20,000 bases of DNA from an uncultured virus (IMG/VR IMGVR_UViG_3300044639_000880). Taxonomy: Duplodnaviria; Heunggongvirae; Uroviricota; Caudoviricetes. This document shows positions 18,201 to 20,000 of the stretch, one piece after another. The stretch covers positions 52,824-72,823 of IMG/VR virus record IMGVR_UViG_3300044639_000880, one strand, 5' to 3'. The notes under the pieces were generated by a model. It saw only the letters and a program-made list of their open reading frames with translations. It made no database searches and had not been told where the DNA came from. A program made the position numbers and the translations under genes. How positions within the stretch are numbered: position 1 is the first letter of the stretch; each line of letters opens with the position of its first letter.

Positions 18201-20000
18201 AGATAAAATAAAGTTTACTAAAAATAGTGTATATGTTACATATCTTAAAAATCAGACTGATGTAAACAGCACATTCAAAGAATTTTCTACATTTTCTACC
18301 CAGTTAAGAAAGTTATTACCTGGGGGATTATACAAGAATGGTTTACCTATAGACTATAAAGGAACTAAAGCTCAATGGGATAAACTAACTGATGCACAAA
18401 AAAGAAAAGAAAGTGAGTTTCATGATCTTGTAACAAACTTTAAAGATAGTTTAGATAGACTTGTATATCATGAGTATAAAAATCTATTAGATGATTTAAA
18501 CTGGACAGAAGAAGATGTTGAAAAAGCAGTAGCTAGTCCGGAAGCTATGGAAAAAATGATTACTTTCTTAATAAAAGAACTTAAAGAACAAGGCTTTAGT
18601 GATCATGAGATATCTATTCTACAAACGGATACTAACTATAACACTATAGACTTTAGTATAAGCCCTCTTGCAGCAAGATTTGAAAAACTTATAATGTCTG
18701 TTATAAACAACCGACTTATAAGACTTAAACTTAGAGGTGAGCCTTTAGTTGAGGTATCCTCAGCTTTAATGCAAAACCCTAAGTTTAGAAATGCTACAAG
18801 AGAAGAACAAAAAAAGTATAATTACTTTAGTACTAACGGTTTACCTTCTTATATAGTAGATCTAGCCGGCAAGAAAAACAATATAGGTTTTGGATTTAAA
18901 AGAGCTCTTAGAGAGATGGATCAAAATCTTTTCCAAACTATTTACTATGTTAAAAATGAAAAAGGTCAATATGTACCAGCTCTAGATAAGAACAAAAACA
19001 AAATTAAAATTGCTGTATACAAAACTACTAAAGATGAAAATGGTAAAGAAACTAAGTCTTTAGATATTGAAGCTAGTCTTGACAGACTTAATGAGATGTT
19101 ATTGGTAAAAGAGTGGAAGCTTGATGATGAAAACTTTAAAAAGCTAAGACTAACAGGTGTTAGGATTCCTGTACAGGGAGACAACTCTATGGAGTTTGGT
19201 GAAGTAGTTGAGTTTTTAAGTCCCGATGCTGGTCCTATTATCATTATCCCAGCTGAGCTTGTTGCCAAGTCTGGTACTGACTTTGACGTAGATAAGATGA
19301 CTACTTACTTACCATACATAACCCGTACTGGTAAGTTATTAAAAGATAACATGTCAGAAGAAGCTTTAGAGAAAAAGATAGAAACTTTAAAAGAAAAGCT
19401 TAATAAGTATAAAAAGACTAAAGAAGCTATTGAGTTATTCAAGACTGAGAAGTCTGCTAAGTGGATGGATATAGGTCCTTCTTTTAACAAGTTTAGAAAA
19501 GCTATATTCAAAGATGTTAAAACCATGACTAATACTTTAAGTGAAGAACAACTTAAAGCTTTAACAGGTAAAAATAGAGATATCATAAAAACTCTAGAAC
19601 AACCTGGCATGGATGCTGTATTAAAGAATTTTAAAAGAGCATATAAGATCTATAACAGTGAAATAAAAGGAGCTACTCTTGAAGATATTAAAAATGTTGA
19701 AGAAGGTTTAGCTAACATGTATGAACAAAAAAGTGAGCTAGCCGGTGTTTATGATGAACTAAGCGATGCTCAAGAACACAAGAACAACTATATATCAGCT
19801 ATTCAAAATAGATTAATAGAAGATATTGTAAACATACTTCAGTTACCTGCAAAGGCTGCATCATTACTTTCTCCTAATGATACTAATATAATTAAGCCAA
19901 TTGCTGATAATATGAAAGAGTATATCCAAGAAGCTGATGATGAAACAGATTATAGTAAGTCTTTAATTACAGGTAAGAAAGTAGCTAAAGGTGTTGTACC
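12298..20000 (+). CDS. Giant virion-associated single-chain two-barrel DNA-dependent RNA polymerase (crAss-like/phi14:2 gp66 type) with N-terminal zincin metallopeptidase domain; 3'-truncated, >2567 aa
   Basis: ATG 12298, 4 nt after the previous stop. Manual translation found no stop to the window end, which explains its absence from the ORF track. Motifs: HEAWH (14377-14391), EEFIAEEF (14548-14571), DGQGWIT (17791-17811), HKFSLFPL, FESGSK, STQLRKL, RIPVQG (19162-19179), SGTDFDVDK (19270-19296). Confidence 0.92.
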   Translation, partial: MVCDLSKNNLKEKLESYVNALLVKSYTNDPTFDYKKIVDTIYKDVLGKSNDENLALGMAYHVPQMIFDLVTDNKKQLGLKNLITKGYDVGVLSAEIDKLATSIDKLGAVAILLGKPIKSLDEIETFVANQPTDQATMLLSVPGTSLTVDTLVLASNAGFFATSQSGAEIDKKTNLPFASKSNEDAAFYQGVLSGIMAAKRPDDNDFSKVTFGNHTGFAGRLMFERSIPGKIRLDRESQLAYEILSFVLTDSKTGEILYFKPDNTIGDIDNGRPIYLLLKTTNPKNKDFEKHKAAIKASMMSMLDRTNMTAEQIENAKKEADKVISNQLEQIEAAKRKIRFGEPVPVDITGGFKGATQNVDNIVGEETRKKLTFPLSEFDVNDKAKQSIVFTVENVSGQPENLPAIQFPNVDNLISLKNPNKIGEKAEDADILNNIVDILTQDLKVGDKAVPDIDKVDNVGQYIQLKAKNYTIGTTLVNGDQKLEINLGGNVLDLSDKEAARRVLKDFLGKNATIHFHKKSYDKNSYTAFKLTPDNGAFNVSKSDEDYYKFISPRLYPRLVRDERTKLPMVLNGYFRFQPVVTAKEVADKVEEVTKEVVKEEVPVTKKQAEEDYDELLRSRLLDSIVTPEEDAEAKAWWEESALSKATYKDENGVVKPLFTLNPLRNAVNSEAWASFRDSVITLYEGANYSHVYHEAWHAFSQTYLTYSERTKFYKAVSKLPGSFKVAKATGQGNIELVDVEFSKAERKELEEFIAEEFRTYALNKGKFKTENEKTNIFKWIFDRIWKALKALVGGSTAINIYSNPGSEGVLGEIFNTLYTAKSQEQLLPYASNIKNGEFGLLNSGVVNKEHPEDVLSLSESLLVSKTIDGIISKATTEKVQSGSLSAASLIFRSPKELKKVYEKALTELSDKREEFLKQLKALPADKVVEKAVLDNKISVLTRATKPYMYGNITQILEGTNVTDSIIAFHRQNSEFKDMFVKFKISKEEAVDLDEEQLENNLIGRNFDAGNSSTESEKLANELTVYIIKSLLKQNKDGSYVLNELGFPEPIEFKPFWRVMMDKCSGETSIMGLYNKIKTAGNTVSPLFKQLLDKIFKLKTILDTDNKEITLSEEQSMAAFITEGSVTGEMWMKLVQSFNLFRIDLVNVNITQTDEGIEVKVGKSSAEYQNIIRNWQSAYQQKEADRHTAKNKDKVNYINTKNVVEDYIQKKYNDAGKLFVTVAKEDYVPFLNSIGINLSDTEEIREFLQPNDVRYLAETIVKIDDYINDIEKNYKGLQKEEKLKEIQKILSAPIDLFRTGKSLPNKEPITNSGGTVNSLANLEANFSEEYASGMRLTPDGEKKSVFSLNSTDTQKVRALQNAKQKGDLSSDHPEFMHMNYLNPANNPEVNGSVYMKSMFDPSGKRISNNINIFDLSGSQFNVDRKDESSTIGITYSKMNATDKFISDFISTLTAGFMQGILPGDKSSYYSLKIDNITTYTNKKTNYLFVDTSAFLKNKDGVNVAGYDGMDKTIEILYPKLEGEIRRIAMIKAAPEYYKNIKGFEKGEEFTIFSEMLDSKDNLKEKLASAEFFKKFAESNMSLMDFLNMSDNLALKKKIDANIKTYFEKLVKEYNKNLFEKTFGKTAVLPNSINKTLSTIILKELTADQIQALGDNYNSNIKDAAMMSYMVNNFLHKTETTLLLQGDGFQFDHSKDQAPKRTPGSQSGGRVFAVDKLTQHWVNTKVGRPLEEKLLKENAIKKENGSTEVTKYNGIYNTAIIKESQVGSVYFEMYRDLFKKMFKEKGLEGDALNIALYGQDTDGKIGTGARKADGTYDTYGGKMNPYAKIKDGDGQGWITFDSYRILKRVEGQWSNAQEDAYMKIVRGQVLGADELSDLFPVYKLQYNGNLATETGRYPVQAFHKFSLFPLIPTVIKNYPAEQMHLAMMQQNIDYALFESGSKRSHIKPSADVSGDVIYNNGDTSDILPKDKIKFTKNSVYVTYLKNQTDVNSTFKEFSTFSTQLRKLLPGGLYKNGLPIDYKGTKAQWDKLTDAQKRKESEFHDLVTNFKDSLDRLVYHEYKNLLDDLNWTEEDVEKAVASPEAMEKMITFLIKELKEQGFSDHEISILQTDTNYNTIDFSISPLAARFEKLIMSVINNRLIRLKLRGEPLVEVSSALMQNPKFRNATREEQKKYNYFSTNGLPSYIVDLAGKKNNIGFGFKRALREMDQNLFQTIYYVKNEKGQYVPALDKNKNKIKIAVYKTTKDENGKETKSLDIEASLDRLNEMLLVKEWKLDDENFKKLRLTGVRIPVQGDNSMEFGEVVEFLSPDAGPIIIIPAELVAKSGTDFDVDKMTTYLPYITRTGKLLKDNMSEEALEKKIETLKEKLNKYKKTKEAIELFKTEKSAKWMDIGPSFNKFRKAIFKDVKTMTNTLSEEQLKALTGKNRDIIKTLEQPGMDAVLKNFKRAYKIYNSEIKGATLEDIKNVEEGLANMYEQKSELAGVYDELSDAQEHKNNYISAIQNRLIEDIVNILQLPAKAASLLSPNDTNIIKPIADNMKEYIQEADDETDYSKSLITGKKVAKGVV
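14190..14680 (+). other. Zincin-like metallopeptidase domain within the RNAP polyprotein
   Basis: VITLYEG...VYHEAWHAF (H694-E695-x-x-H698), a downstream EExxAExF third-ligand helix and a following IFKWIFDRIW helix. Boundaries are approximate. Confidence 0.8.
17340..19880 (+). other. Double-psi beta-barrel RNA polymerase catalytic core (both barrels in one chain)
   Basis: GD...KR...SG, DGQGWI, Lys-containing strands (PVYKLQY, HKFS), the R-I-P motif and metal-binding D2328-F-D-V-D2332, followed by QNRLI...IL...L.PN. Confidence 0.88.

Larger units (their letters stand above)
1..20000 (+). mobile_element. Phage genome segment: virion cargo/ejection-protein and virion RNA polymerase module of a crAss-like (Crassvirales-related) phage, probably infecting Bacteroidota
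   Basis: Co-directional giant ORFs. One has a DFD[V/I]DK two-barrel RNAP motif fused to a zincin domain and its neighbour has a PD-(D/E)xK nuclease, the architecture known for crAss-like phage RNAP modules. Start regions are AT-rich without Shine-Dalgarno motifs, which is Bacteroidota-like. No cellular housekeeping genes are present. Confidence 0.85.

Noticed and set aside
639..19610. Numerous minus-strand ORFs of 60-161 aa in the ORF track
   Set aside because: All lie antisense to long + strand genes and are Ser/Phe/Leu/Ile-rich mirror translations without recognisable motifs, as expected for shadow ORFs.
1..20000. Stop-codon reassignment (TAG/TGA), known in some crAss-like phages
   Set aside because: All four complete genes end in TAA, but the genes are uninterrupted under the standard code over more than 6500 codons with no in-frame TAG/TGA, so there is no evidence of recoding here.
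12298..20000. Intron or intein in the RNAP gene
   Set aside because: The frame is continuous, the motifs are in the expected order, and I saw no intein splice-junction or homing-endonuclease motifs.
12298..20000. Cellular rpoB/rpoC assignment
   Set aside because: Lacks NADFDGD, the zinc-binding cysteines and other conserved bacterial blocks, and both barrels plus a protease are in one chain, so no gene symbol was given.

Overview
The window is AT-rich and almost fully coding on the + strand. It holds five tightly packed genes of mostly very large size: >=687 aa (probably 5'-truncated), 437 aa, 934 aa, 1997 aa, and a fifth ORF missing from the ORF track that starts at 12298 and runs off the window end (>2567 aa). 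That last ORF carries a zincin-type metallopeptidase motif (HEAWH...EEFIAEEF). It also carries the motifs of a single-chain two-barrel RNA polymerase (DGQGWIT, RIPVQG, SGTDFDVDK), as in the virion RNA polymerases of crAss-like phages (phi14:2 gp66 type). The 1997-aa protein has Gly-rich hydrophobic segments and a PD-(D/E)xK nuclease domain. The best reading is the virion cargo/ejection-protein and virion-RNAP module of a crAss-like (Crassvirales-related) Bacteroidota phage. Unexplained structure includes a recurring TAAAYTT-N3-ARRTKTA palindrome, a 52-codon ORF nested in the +1 frame of the nuclease gene, lone cysteines at the adjoining termini of the two giant proteins, and strong CG depletion that spares CCGG. 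No database searches were run; all calls come from manual translation and motif recognition.
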